DNA of 62,416 nt, the filler included, from Candidatus Woesearchaeota archaeon (GTDB lineage Archaea > Nanobdellota > Nanobdellia > Woesearchaeales > GCA-2687795): assembly GCA_030753365.1 (NCBI GenBank). It is 9 parts of 9 records of this genome, joined end to end, with 100 filler letters (N's around TTAATTAATTAA, not from the genome) between each part and the next. Parts side by side here need not be neighbours in the genome. Positions count along the whole stretch, not along the records: positions 34,380 to 41,342 come from JASMCJ010000059.1; positions 41,443 to 44,442 come from JASMCJ010000062.1; positions 44,543 to 53,149 come from JASMCJ010000063.1; 6 more parts are not named here. One strand, given 5' to 3'. The first letter of the stretch is position 1. Each line of letters opens with the position of its first letter. Positions 39,999 to 50,611 of this stretch are shown piece by piece. The notes under the pieces are model-generated. The model saw only the letters and a program-made list of their open reading frames with translations. It was not told where the DNA came from and searched no databases. Position numbers and translations under genes: made by a program.

Positions 39999-41087
39999 AT
40001 GTCTTCTTTATTCAAAGATATGCTAAGCTCAGAAGAAACCCTGTTCAGGGATGATGTAGCCTTATCTTATGATTTCACCCCAAAACTTGTTCCTTATAGA
40101 GAAGCTCAACAAAAATATATTGCTTCCTGCATAAAGCCCTTGCTTCAGGATAAGAACGGCAAGAATCTCCTTATTCTCGGCTCTCCCGGCATTGGCAAGA
40201 CTGTTACCTCTAAAAAGGTTTTTGATGCCTTGAGAGAGGAGGAAATGGATGAAGACTTATACCTTTTCCATATAAATTGCTGGGAACATAATACTACTTT
40301 TAAGATCCTGCTAAAGCTTTGTGAGATTATTGGCTATAAGCTTACCCATAATAAAAGGACAGACGAATTGTTTTCCATTGCAAAAACGTTTATCAACAAG
40401 AAATCAGCTGTTTTTGTGTTTGACGAGGCCGACAAGATTGAAGACCTTGACTTATTGTATATGCTTCTTGAAGAGCTTTACAGGAAAAGCATTTTCCTTA
40501 TAACCAATTTTGAAGACTGGGCTACAGGTCTTGACATGAGGCTTAAGTCTAGGCTTTCTCTTGATCGTTTGGAGTTCAAGCCTTATAACCTTGAAGAGAC
40601 CACAGGAATTCTCAGGCAAAGGTTAAAGTATGCTTTCATACCAAACGTCTGGGATGATACTGCTTTCAACCAGATTGCTAAAAAAACCTTTGAGCTGAGG
40701 GATATTAGACAGGGCCTGTTCCTGTTAAAGGAAACTGGCCTGATTGCTGAGAACAGCAGCAGCAGAAAAATTCTTCCAAAGCATTCTTTAGAAGCTATGG
40801 CCAAGGTGCAGGAGTTTACTATTAAAAATCCTGATAAGCTTAAGACTAACTCAAAGTCTGTGTTAGAATTTATAAAAAAATATTCAGGAAGCAAGATTGG
40901 AGATTTATTCACTAAATACCAAAAAGAAATAAGTGAAATCAGTTATAAAAGCTTTCAGAGAAGGGTTAATGAGCTTGCGAAGGGCAGCTTTATCAGCGTA
41001 AAAAAGGTTGAAGGTGGCAAGGCCGGCAATACAACTATTGTTAATTATAAAGAGGAGGAAAAGAAACTCACCGATTTTGAAGAATGA
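39999..41087 (+). CDS. cdc6: Cdc6/Orc1-family replication initiator
   Basis: PYRE, GSPGIGKT, HINC, FDEAD, RLKSR, FKPY, C-terminal winged helix; start at ATG 39999. Confidence 0.9.
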   Translation: MSSLFKDMLSSEETLFRDDVALSYDFTPKLVPYREAQQKYIASCIKPLLQDKNGKNLLILGSPGIGKTVTSKKVFDALREEEMDEDLYLFHINCWEHNTTFKILLKLCEIIGYKLTHNKRTDELFSIAKTFINKKSAVFVFDEADKIEDLDLLYMLLEELYRKSIFLITNFEDWATGLDMRLKSRLSLDRLEFKPYNLEETTGILRQRLKYAFIPNVWDDTAFNQIAKKTFELRDIRQGLFLLKETGLIAENSSSRKILPKHSLEAMAKVQEFTIKNPDKLKTNSKSVLEFIKKYSGSKIGDLFTKYQKEISEISYKSFQRRVNELAKGSFISVKKVEGGKAGNTTIVNYKEEEKKLTDFEE

Positions 41088-41342
41088 CTTGGCAAAAGAT
41101 TTCTGATACTCATGACCTTATAAGTTATGAAAAGAATAAGGAAGATATGAACATAAGGATAGAAGCCAGATTAAATAAAGATAGAACATGGAGCATTTAC
41201 AAGACTTATTTTGAAGGGGATAATAATAATTTTATTGATGAACATAAGGCCTCAAACATTTCTGATGCAAGGAAGATTGTAGAAAGGCTTCTTGAAGAGA
41301 AGGATCTTAACTTAAAAGAAATTAATGAGATTAAAACAAAGA
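41084..41342 (+). CDS. Hypothetical protein (3' truncated)
   Basis: ATGA overlap with the cdc6 stop; open to the contig end. Confidence 0.6.
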
Positions 41343-41442
41343 NNNNNNNNNNNNNNNNNNNNNNNNNNNNNNNNNNNNNNNNNNNNTTAATTAATTAANN
41401 NNNNNNNNNNNNNNNNNNNNNNNNNNNNNNNNNNNNNNNNNN
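41343..41442. other. Artificial contig linker
   Basis: N/TTAATTAATTAA/N. Confidence 0.99.
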
Positions 41443-41674
41443 ATTAAGCAGAAAAGATAAAATGAAGGTAATCAGAAAATTATTTGGCTATGAAACAAAA
41501 AAAGGAAGCAAAGTATACAAACAAAAAGGCCTATTAGAAGATTTAAATGGAAAAAAACTATCCAAAAACCTAATAGCAATACCTATGGAAAATTCCTTGC
41601 AATTTCAGGAAATCTTAAACTCATTCAAAATAACCCCTAGAATAATAGAATCTTGGATAAATTTCCAGGAATAA
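41443..41674 (+). CDS. C-terminal fragment of a hypothetical protein
   Basis: Frame open from the contig start: RKLFGY...KGLL...IAIP. Confidence 0.5.
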
Positions 41675-41676
41675 TC

Positions 41677-41722
41677 TCACCTGTAAAACTCAGCTTCCTT
41701 TTTGCAAGCTCAAGTAAGCAAC
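41677..41722 (-). repeat. Degenerate direct repeat of the aspS 3' end (42978-43028)
   Basis: TCACCTGTAAAACTCAGCTTCC-TTTTTGCAAGCTCAAG-TAAGCAAC versus TCACCTGCAAAACTCAGCTTCCTTTCCTTTCGCAAGTTCAAGATAAGCAAC. Confidence 0.85.
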
Positions 41723-42906
41723 TCCCATACAGGCTTAACAATAATATTCCCAAGCTTATCTTTTTGATTAAAAGTAATTATTATGCCTTTAACCAAGCCA
41801 AACTTGGACATTGCTTCCTTCAGGCCATTTATCTCCCTCTCTTTATTATCTTCACTCAGCTTATAACAAACTTGGATTGCTTGGCTTACTTTTCCTTTTT
41901 CTCTTATCAAAAAATCACATTCATTATCTCCTTTAAAAAAGAATATATCTTTATACATCCTTCTCAAATACAGGAAAACAAGGTTCTCTAACACTCTGCC
42001 ACTATCTTTTGAGAAAGAGACTGAATTAGCCCTAGACAACCCTATATCTATACTATACACCTTTTTCGGATTAACTAACTGTTTTTTAAAAGAAAAATCA
42101 AACTTTGAAACTGTAAAAAGCAAATAACTCTCTTCATAGAAAGAAACATAAGAAATCACCGTATTTGTAGAGCCAAAGTTAAACAATTTCTTTAGTTTAT
42201 TAAAAGAAAATTCTTTTCCTGCATTGCTTAACAAATAAATTGCAAGATCTTTCACTACTTTTGCATCTCTCAAACCATACCTCACAACTATATCCCTAAA
42301 AATAATATCACTAAAAACCTGCTGAAGAATTGCTTCATTATTATACTTTAAATATTCAGGAAATCCACCTTTATAAAAATAATCTTCAAAAGATGAGAAT
42401 GCTGACTTCTTATTCGTTAATTCTAACATTTCAGAATAAGAAAAAGGAAATAACTCATACATTAAGTGCCTTCCGGTAAGTTTTGTTCCAAGCTCTCTGC
42501 TTAATAAAGATGCATTAGAACCAGTAATTATAAACTTCTTACCCAAATCCTGCATTTTTCTAATAAACCTCTCCCAACCGGAAACAATCTGGATTTCATC
42601 AAAGAAATAGAAATTACTATCACCTTGCAACTCGTGGAACACCTCATCCAATTTCTCAAAATCAGTAATTTCAAAATTTAATGCTCTCTGGTCTTCGAAA
42701 TTAAAGTAATAGAAATTCTTCAATTTCTTCATAATCTGTTTTAATAAAGTGCTTTTTCCGCATCTTCTTATTCCTGATACTATTAATGCATGAGGCGCTT
42801 TCAAATCCAATGAATCAGCTAATCCCCTTGTTATCCCTGCATCTCGCTTTTCAAGTTCAGTTCTTTGGAGTTTTACAATCTCCCTTAAAGTATCTTTTAG
42901 TATCAT
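41710..42906 (-). CDS. AAA_14 / DUF4143 ATPase
   Basis: GIRRCGKST, FFDEIQ, ITGSNA, GGFPE, KVYSIDIG, ENLV, ECDF, IQV. Confidence 0.9.
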   Translation of the reverse strand: MILKDTLREIVKLQRTELEKRDAGITRGLADSLDLKAPHALIVSGIRRCGKSTLLKQIMKKLKNFYYFNFEDQRALNFEITDFEKLDEVFHELQGDSNFYFFDEIQIVSGWERFIRKMQDLGKKFIITGSNASLLSRELGTKLTGRHLMYELFPFSYSEMLELTNKKSAFSSFEDYFYKGGFPEYLKYNNEAILQQVFSDIIFRDIVVRYGLRDAKVVKDLAIYLLSNAGKEFSFNKLKKLFNFGSTNTVISYVSFYEESYLLFTVSKFDFSFKKQLVNPKKVYSIDIGLSRANSVSFSKDSGRVLENLVFLYLRRMYKDIFFFKGDNECDFLIREKGKVSQAIQVCYKLSEDNKEREINGLKEAMSKFGLVKGIIITFNQKDKLGNIIVKPVWELLT

Positions 42907-42977
42907 CCTAAAAAGTGTTCATTACTGATATATAAAGGTTTGCATTACTAATGAACAGAGCCAAGATATTTTAAACT

Positions 42978-44442
42978 TCACCTGCAAAACTCAGCTTCCT
43001 TTCCTTTCGCAAGTTCAAGATAAGCAACAGAACTCATTTTTATAGAAGTAGTATGCGAACCCGCATTAAAATTAACTCCTTTATTCTCTTTAAGTGATTT
43101 ATCAATAAACAAATCAATCCCGAAAATATTTCCAAACGGAGGCACAGACCCAACCCCGCACCCGCTCATCTTTTTAACATCCTCAGGAGCTGCAAGCTCA
43201 AGCCTGCTAACCCTCAAAATCTTCTTCAGTTTGTCAACATCAATCTCTTTATCACCAGGAAGCACAGCCATAATATAACCTTTCTCAGACTTAAGCACTA
43301 AAGCCTTAGCACCCTCTTTAAGGGGAGTACCTCTAACCTCAGCCGCTTGTTTGCAAGTAAATACAGGCTCATGTTCCATCAATTCAAACTCTTTCTTCTC
43401 TTTCAACAGCATCTCTCTTATTTTCTCAAGCACCATATTCTTCTTTTTAATCACATCAGTCTTTATACGAAGCTCCTTCAACTGATTATCATCAACACTA
43501 GAAGGGCAGCCATCCATAGGACACTCAGCATTCTTATTCTTAGGGAACGCAATAACCTCTCTTATATCACTAATCCCACACATTAATGCAACAACCCTGT
43601 CAAATCCAAACGCCAAGCCTCCATGCGGCGGAGCTCCATACCTAAAAGAATCAAGGAGAAAGCCAAACCTCTGCTTTGCCTCTTCATAGCTCATCCCTAT
43701 AACCTTAAGAGCCTCTTCCTGCACATCTTTCTTATGAATCCTCACAGAACCACCACCCAACTCAACACCGTTAAGCACGCAGTCATACAACTTGCCTGTT
43801 ATAACAGAAGGATCAGCCTCCATCTTGCCTACAAACTTATCATGCGGCATTGAAAAAATATGATGCATTGGCACCCATGAGTCTGATTCTTCATCATGCT
43901 CAAACAATGGGAAATCTGTTACCCAGCAAAACCTCAACTCTTTCTTATCATAAAGTTCAAGATCATCAGCAAGCTTCCTTCTAAGCCTATCCAAAACCTC
44001 AGCAACAAGCTTAGGTGTATCAGCTATAAACATAAGAACACCTTTCTTAGCATTTGCAACCTTCTGTATCTTCTTAAGCATCTCAGGCTTAAAGAATTTA
44101 GTAACACTCGATTCCATGCCTTTATCTGTAATCTTCATCCAGGCCATACCCTTAGCTCCGTTCTTAATGCAGAAATCAATATATTCATCAAGCTCTTTCC
44201 TTGAAAAATCCTTCTCAGGATTAATGCACTTCACCTGCTCAGCGTTTTTGAAAACTCCAAAGTCAGACTTATGAACAAGAGAAGTAACATCAGTAAGCTC
44301 CAGCCCATAACGTAAATCTGGCTTATCAGAGCCATACTTATCAATAGCTTCCTTATACGTCATTCTTTGGAAAGGCGTCTTAATATTCTTCCCAACCCCT
44401 TTCTTAAAGACTTCCTTGATAAGCCCCTCAGACACGCTTATA
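42978..44442 (-). CDS. aspS: Aspartate--tRNA ligase (5' truncated) fused to a C-terminal YbaK/ProX-like domain
   Basis: GAPPHGGLAFGFDR and VIAFPKN, then in frame HEPVFTC..AKALVLK..GSVPPFG..FNAG; near-identical to 29271-30821 over the overlap. Confidence 0.92.
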
Positions 44443-44542
44443 NNNNNNNNNNNNNNNNNNNNNNNNNNNNNNNNNNNNNNNNNNNNTTAATTAATTAANN
44501 NNNNNNNNNNNNNNNNNNNNNNNNNNNNNNNNNNNNNNNNNN
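44443..44542. other. Artificial contig linker
   Basis: N/TTAATTAATTAA/N. Confidence 0.99.
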
Positions 44543-46965
44543 TTCTCTTCCTTGTTGATTCTGATTATGTTTTCAACAAAGCTTTCTATTTTGCTTTCAT
44601 GGGAGACTATGATGACTTGCTTTATTTTTAATTGTTCTAAGACTGTTCTTACCTTGTCTAACTGTTCTGAACTGAAGCCGTCAGTAGGCTCGTCAAGGAT
44701 GATTAGATCTTTTGTTTTTATGGTGCTGATTAGATCGTTGATTACTTTGTTTAATGCCAACCTGTAAGCTAAAGCAAGGCTGGTTTTTTCTCCTCCACTG
44801 AGGTTGTTGATACCTATTTCATAGCCGTCCTGTTCTATTATAGGAGTGAATCTGTCATCTAACCTGATGGTTAGGGTTTCGCTTTCCATTAGAGTGTTGA
44901 ACCAGTTTATCAGGAGATCGTTGAATTCCCTGTTGACTCTTAACATTACATGCTTTTCTATTGTGTTCATGAGTTTGATGAAGTATTCTTCTAGCCAGTG
45001 ATGGAGCCTGTTTAGCTTTTTTAAACTGTTTTTGTATGTTAACTTAATGGTTATTTCTTTTTTTAATGAGGTGATTATAGTGGTTATGCCTTGCTTTTCT
45101 TGTTCTAATTCTGCTAGTTTGATTTCTATAGTTTTTTCTTCTAATGTGATTGTTTCATATTCTTTCTTTTGAAGGTTGTAGGTGTCTTCGATATTGGCTT
45201 TTTCTTTTAATTGTTTTTCAATGCTTTCAAGGCTGTTTTTTAGGGATTCTAGGGTTGTTTTTAGTGATTGCTGCTCGTTGGTTAGATTTGTTAGATTGGT
45301 GTTCTTGTCAGTTAGTATGGTGGTTAGGTGTGTTTTTTCTCTTGCGTCTTTTAGCTTTTGTTTTAGTTGGGTGATTTCAGATGATTTTTGGTCAAGGTTG
45401 GTTTTGTTGAGTGTGTCTAAAGAAAGAAGGTGGTGTGTTTCTTCTTGTTTTAGATTTGAGAGTAAGAATTCTTTTTCTGTTAGTGTTTTTAGGCGCAGGG
45501 TTAGGCTGCTTATGGTTTCATCTATACGCTCTAACTCTTTTTCTTTTGTGTGGATGGTGTCTAATTGCTCTTTTATGGCTTGGATTTCTTTAGTGGTTTG
45601 ATTGCTTTTTATGTTTAGAGCAGTTAGTTGAGAGTTTAGCTCTGAGAGCTTTTTGTTTTCATTTGCGCTGATTCTTTCCTTGTGTTCATTAGGAACATCC
45701 TGGTAACAGGTGGGGCATTTTTCTAGCGAGGTTATATTTTGTATTATTTCATTAGAGCCCCATTTTTTTACTTCATATTCTCTTATTTGGGTTTTTAGAC
45801 TTTCTAATGATTTTTCTGTTTCTTCTGATTTTGAAAGGATGTCTTTTTTGCTGTGGACCATGACTGCTAACTGCTTGTGGAGGAAGTCTTTTTCGTTTAG
45901 TTCTGATGTTATGCTTGCTTTTTCTTTGAGCTCTTCAGTTAGTTCTTTTAGCTTGGCTTTTAGGGTGGTGAGCTTTTCTTCGAGCAGTGTCTTGGTTTGG
46001 GTTGTTTCACTTAATTCTTTTTCTTTTAAATTGAGGGTGTTTTCTAAAGATTGTTCGTTGAGGTTAGAGGGGAATTTGTCTAATTTGTTTTTGATTGTGT
46101 TTATGGTGTCTTTTAGTTCTGCAATGTTTTGGATGTTCTTTTTTAGCTGGAGGATTTTCTCGTTTATTTTTGAGTTGGTGATTTCAAGGTCTTTTCTTAA
46201 AGTGTTTAGAAGGGTTATTTCCTGTTCTAACTTAGTGAGAGTTTCTTTTTTTTGGGAGAGTTTGAGTTTTATGGCTTTTATCTTAGGTGATAGAATGGTT
46301 AGTTGGTTTGTTAAGATGTTGAGATGTTGTTCATATTTTGTTTTTTCTGTCTGCTTTGGCTCTAAGTCAATTAATCTTCCTTCCAGTTCTTTCTTTTTTT
46401 CTTTTAGCTGTTTTGTGAATAAAGAAGTGTTGTCTCTTATTCTTCTGTATTTGTCTATTGCAAATACTTTTCTTAGGATGTTTAATCTTTGCTCTTCATC
46501 TTCATGAAGAATTTGCTTCATCTCTTCCTGAGGAGTGTAGACTGTGTACCTGTAGATGAGGCTTTTGCTTTTTGTGAGCAGCTCTTTTGGATATCCTAAG
46601 AGGTCGAAGAGCTTGGATTTTAACTCAATAGCTGTGCCTTCGGTTTTGATGTCGTCTATTATTATGTAGCCGGTGGCTTGCTGGATGTCGGTTTTGCCTC
46701 TTTTGAGGTTTCTTTTTATGGTTATGTTTTTGGTGTCTATGGTGAAATTTAATTCTACTGAGCCAGTTGTTTCCCCAGTTCTTAGTAATAGGGAGCCTGG
46801 GAGACCGGATCTTCTTATGCCAAATAAGGCAAATTCTATGGCTAGAAGTATGCTACTTTTTCCTGAACCTATGTCGCCTGATAAGAGGACTGAGCCTTCA
46901 GGGAATTCTATGGTTTCGCTGATGTATGAGCGGATGTTGGTTAGCTTTAGGGTTTTGAGGAACAT
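44543..46965 (-). CDS. rad50: Rad50/SbcC-like SMC ATPase (last residues truncated)
   Basis: Walker A GDIGSGKSS, Q-loop, central zinc hook CPTC, LSGGE, LDEPT, VSH. Confidence 0.88.
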
Positions 46966-47110
46966 AGAATGAGGTAATGTATGCTGGTTAAAAAGGATTG
47001 TTATGATGGAGTTTATATGAGAAGAGGTTTAACAGAAAGCTTTATAAACTTTGAGCATATATGAAATAGCAGTTATTTAGTATTTTTTCATTGTTAAAAT
47101 AGCGATAAAG

Positions 47111-47272
47111 ATGAGATATGTCAAAAAAGTGATGAAGCAGAGCGGAGGTCTTGTAGTTAGAATTCCGGCGGATATTGTCAAGTTACTTGAACTTTCTGAG
47201 AAAGATTTTGTTGAGATAGATTTGACTAAGATTGATGTTAAGAAAGTTAGGAAGGGGGTACGGAGTATTTAG
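47111..47272 (+). CDS. AbrB/MazE/SpoVT-family DNA-binding protein (below ORF-track cut-off)
   Basis: Manual translation, 53 aa: MRYVKKVMKQSGGLVVRIPADIVKLLELSEKDFVEIDL... Confidence 0.75.
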   Translation: MRYVKKVMKQSGGLVVRIPADIVKLLELSEKDFVEIDLTKIDVKKVRKGVRSI

Positions 47273-47284
47273 CAGAATAATAAA

Positions 47285-50200
47285 ATGATAAAGATGCTTA
47301 AAAAAGGAGAGGGGAATAGCAAGAGAATCTTTGTGGTAGTGTTCCTGCTTTTCCTGATTATTCTTTTCTCAGGCAGCTTTTATACAATTTTTACTGAAAG
47401 GAGTACGGATAAGGGATGTTTTGCAGGGGATGAGGCTGCGGCTAAGATTGATGTTGACCAGATCCTGATTAAGGTACTGATTAAGAGCAAGGAGTTTCTT
47501 AACAGAACTATTAGAGTGATGAATATAGGGGATGATATAAGCAATATAGAAATTATGGTTAAGGGTGTGGAGGATATTGTTAGTGTGTCTGATAATAGCT
47601 TTATATTGAAGTCAGGGCAGACGAAGAGAGTGGATACAACGTTTTCTACGATTAATAGAGAGAAAGGGATTGAGCATAGGCCTGATGTGTATATTGGCAA
47701 ACTGGAGGTTGTGTCTGCAGGGGTTGTTAAGACTGTGCCATTGATTGTGGAGATTGAGTCTAAGAATATTTTGTATGATATGAATCTTAATCCTTTGGCT
47801 AGAGGGAGAGTGATTTATCCTGGAGAGAAGGTGACTATTGAGGTTAAGCTGTTTAATCTTGAAGATCTTAAGCCAGTTAATATTGATATGGAATATTTTG
47901 TGAGGGACCTTGAGGGCAATACTATTATTAGTGAGAGTGAGACGGTGGTTGTGCAGAATCAGGCGTCTTTCTTTAAGACTATTAGCATTCCTAATAATTT
48001 CAGGTCAGAGAATTATGTTTTTATTGCGTTGGCAAAGTATGGGACTTCTACAGGAACTGCGAGTTATTTGTTTGAGGTTAGCGGAGTAAAAGAAGTTGCT
48101 AAGGTGGAAGAAGGAGGGAGAAAGTTCTTTGAGATTTCTAAGTTGTGCAATAATGATCCTTTCTGCTGGATTAGCTTTTATGTGATTATACTCCTATTCC
48201 TTGCTTTAGGCGGTAGCATTTATTTCTTTGTTGGAGGATGGATTTATAATAAGATTAATTCGATTTTTAGCAATAGGTATAGGAAGAAGGTTATTGTTGA
48301 TAAAGAGAATGAGATAACTGAGAGAGAGAGGAAGCAGAAGGAAATTATTGAGCTGAAGAAGTTTGAGATGGAGCTGGAGAGTAAGGAGAAAGAGAGTAAG
48401 AGGAGAAGAGTTAGGGATTTTATGCATACTATAGGAGTGTATAAGACTGAAGAGGAAAGAGAGGAGATTAGAAATGAAAAGGGGAAAGAGAGAGATAGGA
48501 GAAAGAGGGAGAAGAGGCTGAAAAAGAAGGAGAAAGAAGAGGAAAGATTGGGGAGGAAGAAGGAAAGGGAAAGGAGATGGAGAGAGAGAAGACTGGAGAT
48601 GGAGAGAAGGAATGAGGAGAGATTAGAGAGGAAGAAGGAAAGAGAGAAGGAGAAAGAAGATAATTTTAGGGATAGGAGGAGACTGAAGAAAGAGAGAGAA
48701 GAGTTAAAGATTAATGGAGAGAAGAGGAAAGAAAGAGAAAAACGAAGGAGAGAAGAGAGTGCAAGAAAGTATGGGACTACTGATAGTAGGAAGAGGAAGA
48801 GAGTTGAGAGGATACATGGAATTATGCATGCTTTTGGGTTGTATAAGACTAAAGAGGAGTTGAGAGAGGAGAGGAAGAGGAAGAGAGTTAATGATACTGA
48901 AAGGAAGAGGAAGGAGGAAAAGAAGGCAAAAGGAAGGAGAGCGGAAGAAGAGATAAGAAAGAGGAAAGAAAGGAAGAAGAATGAGATAGAGAGAGAAAGG
49001 AAGAGGAAGGAAGAGGAGAAGAAGAGAAAGAGAGAGCTGAAGCTGAAGAAGAAGCTGGGGAAAAGTATTGCATTGTTTAATGTTCTGACTAAGAAGGCTG
49101 ATAAGTTTGTTGGAGAGAGAAAGCTTGGCAGAGTTATTAGCTGTTATTCTAGGATGAAGTATGTGTATGATAAATTGAAGATTGTTCCTCTTGAGAGTGA
49201 AGGGAAGAGAGATGTTTATTCTAAGCTTAGTGATGTTTATGTTTGGATTTGCAATGAGAAGGAGGCTAAAGAGAAGGAAAGAGAGGTTAAGAGAAGAAAG
49301 AAGCTTGGAATGATTAGCAAAAGAGATGAAAGGGAAGAGGAAAAGAGAAAACAAGAAGAGATTAGAAAGCAGGTTGAGGAAGAGAAAAGGATGGAAGAGG
49401 TTAGGAAGAGAGAGGAGGAAAGGAAGAGAAGAGAGGAAGAGAGAAAGGGGCAGGAAGAGGTTAGGGAGAGAAAGATAAGAGAGGTTAGGAATAGAGGGGA
49501 AGAGAAGATAAAGCTGGGAGAGAGGAAGAGATTAGAGGAAGAGAAGAGGAAGAGTATAGAAGAACAAAGGCAGAGGGAAGAGGAACAGAAGAAAAGAGAT
49601 GAGGAGGAAGGCAGGAAGAGAGAGAAGGAAAGAAAAAGACTGGAAGAAGAGAAGAAGAGGCAGGAAGAGATTAAGAAGGATATTGAGAGAAAGAAGACTG
49701 AAGAGGCTGGAGAGAGGAGAGAGGCAAGGAGAAGAAAGAGGAAGAAAGAATTCCGTAATATTTTGCATGGTATTGGGCTTTATGAGACTGAAGAGGAGAA
49801 GAGAAAGAGGTTGAGGGAGATTAAGAGGAAGAAGGAAGAAAGAGAAAGGATTGAAGTTGTGAAGAGGAGAGAGGAAGAGAAAAGGAAGAGACTTGAAGAA
49901 GAAAAAAAGAGGAAGAGAGAGGCTTTGAGGAAAAAAGAGAAAGAAAAGATTAGGAAGGAAGAGATTGAGAGATATATAGAGAAGAAGAAGATTATTGAAG
50001 AGAGACTGAAGAAGAAGAGAGAGAAAAAGAGAAAGGAAGTGGAGAAGAAGTTAAAGAGAAGGAAGGCTTTGAGAAGAAAAGTTGAGATGTTTAATAAGGT
50101 GTTCCTTGAGGTTAAAGATAGGATTAAGAAGGAAGATGTTGATGGTGCTGTTGATTCTTATGAGAGGCTTAAGTTGAAGTATAATGAACTTGTTCTTTCA

Positions 50201-50611
50201 AGTTTTAATAAGGGAAATAAGGCTGGATTGTATAATAAGATTAGAGAAGCTTATGGGCTGCTGGCTGAGGAGAGACAGAGAAAGATTAACGAAGAGATGA
50301 AGGTACAGAGATTGGCATTAACTTCGTTGGAGAAAGAAAAAGAGAAGGGAAGGAAGAGAGGGAAGAGAGAAAAAGGAGAGACAAAGAAGAGTGTTGAGAC
50401 AAGTAGAAAGAAGAAGAAATGGTTGTGGGGAAGAGAAAAGGATCCTAAGACTACTTTGCATAAAGAGCATAGAGAGATTGAAGATGCTCGGACTACTTCC
50501 GGCACCAACTCCGTAGGAGAAGAAGAGATGCTGAGAAGGCAGGAGGCTGAGCTGGAGAAGAAGGAGAAGGAGCAGCTGAAGAAGCTTGAAGAGCTTATGA
50601 AAAATGGTTAA
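47285..50611 (+). CDS. Large membrane protein: beta-rich extracellular domains, TM helix, very long E/R/K-rich charged helical tail
   Basis: N-terminal TM, Ig-like beta region, second TM at about aa 295-320, then about 780 aa dominated by E/K/R. Confidence 0.8.
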   Translation: MIKMLKKGEGNSKRIFVVVFLLFLIILFSGSFYTIFTERSTDKGCFAGDEAAAKIDVDQILIKVLIKSKEFLNRTIRVMNIGDDISNIEIMVKGVEDIVSVSDNSFILKSGQTKRVDTTFSTINREKGIEHRPDVYIGKLEVVSAGVVKTVPLIVEIESKNILYDMNLNPLARGRVIYPGEKVTIEVKLFNLEDLKPVNIDMEYFVRDLEGNTIISESETVVVQNQASFFKTISIPNNFRSENYVFIALAKYGTSTGTASYLFEVSGVKEVAKVEEGGRKFFEISKLCNNDPFCWISFYVIILLFLALGGSIYFFVGGWIYNKINSIFSNRYRKKVIVDKENEITERERKQKEIIELKKFEMELESKEKESKRRRVRDFMHTIGVYKTEEEREEIRNEKGKERDRRKREKRLKKKEKEEERLGRKKERERRWRERRLEMERRNEERLERKKEREKEKEDNFRDRRRLKKEREELKINGEKRKEREKRRREESARKYGTTDSRKRKRVERIHGIMHAFGLYKTKEELREERKRKRVNDTERKRKEEKKAKGRRAEEEIRKRKERKKNEIERERKRKEEEKKRKRELKLKKKLGKSIALFNVLTKKADKFVGERKLGRVISCYSRMKYVYDKLKIVPLESEGKRDVYSKLSDVYVWICNEKEAKEKEREVKRRKKLGMISKRDEREEEKRKQEEIRKQVEEEKRMEEVRKREEERKRREEERKGQEEVRERKIREVRNRGEEKIKLGERKRLEEEKRKSIEEQRQREEEQKKRDEEEGRKREKERKRLEEEKKRQEEIKKDIERKKTEEAGERREARRRKRKKEFRNILHGIGLYETEEEKRKRLREIKRKKEERERIEVVKRREEEKRKRLEEEKKRKREALRKKEKEKIRKEEIERYIEKKKIIEERLKKKREKKRKEVEKKLKRRKALRRKVEMFNKVFLEVKDRIKKEDVDGAVDSYERLKLKYNELVLSSFNKGNKAGLYNKIREAYGLLAEERQRKINEEMKVQRLALTSLEKEKEKGRKRGKREKGETKKSVETSRKKKKWLWGREKDPKTTLHKEHREIEDARTTSGTNSVGEEEMLRRQEAELEKKEKEQLKKLEELMKNG

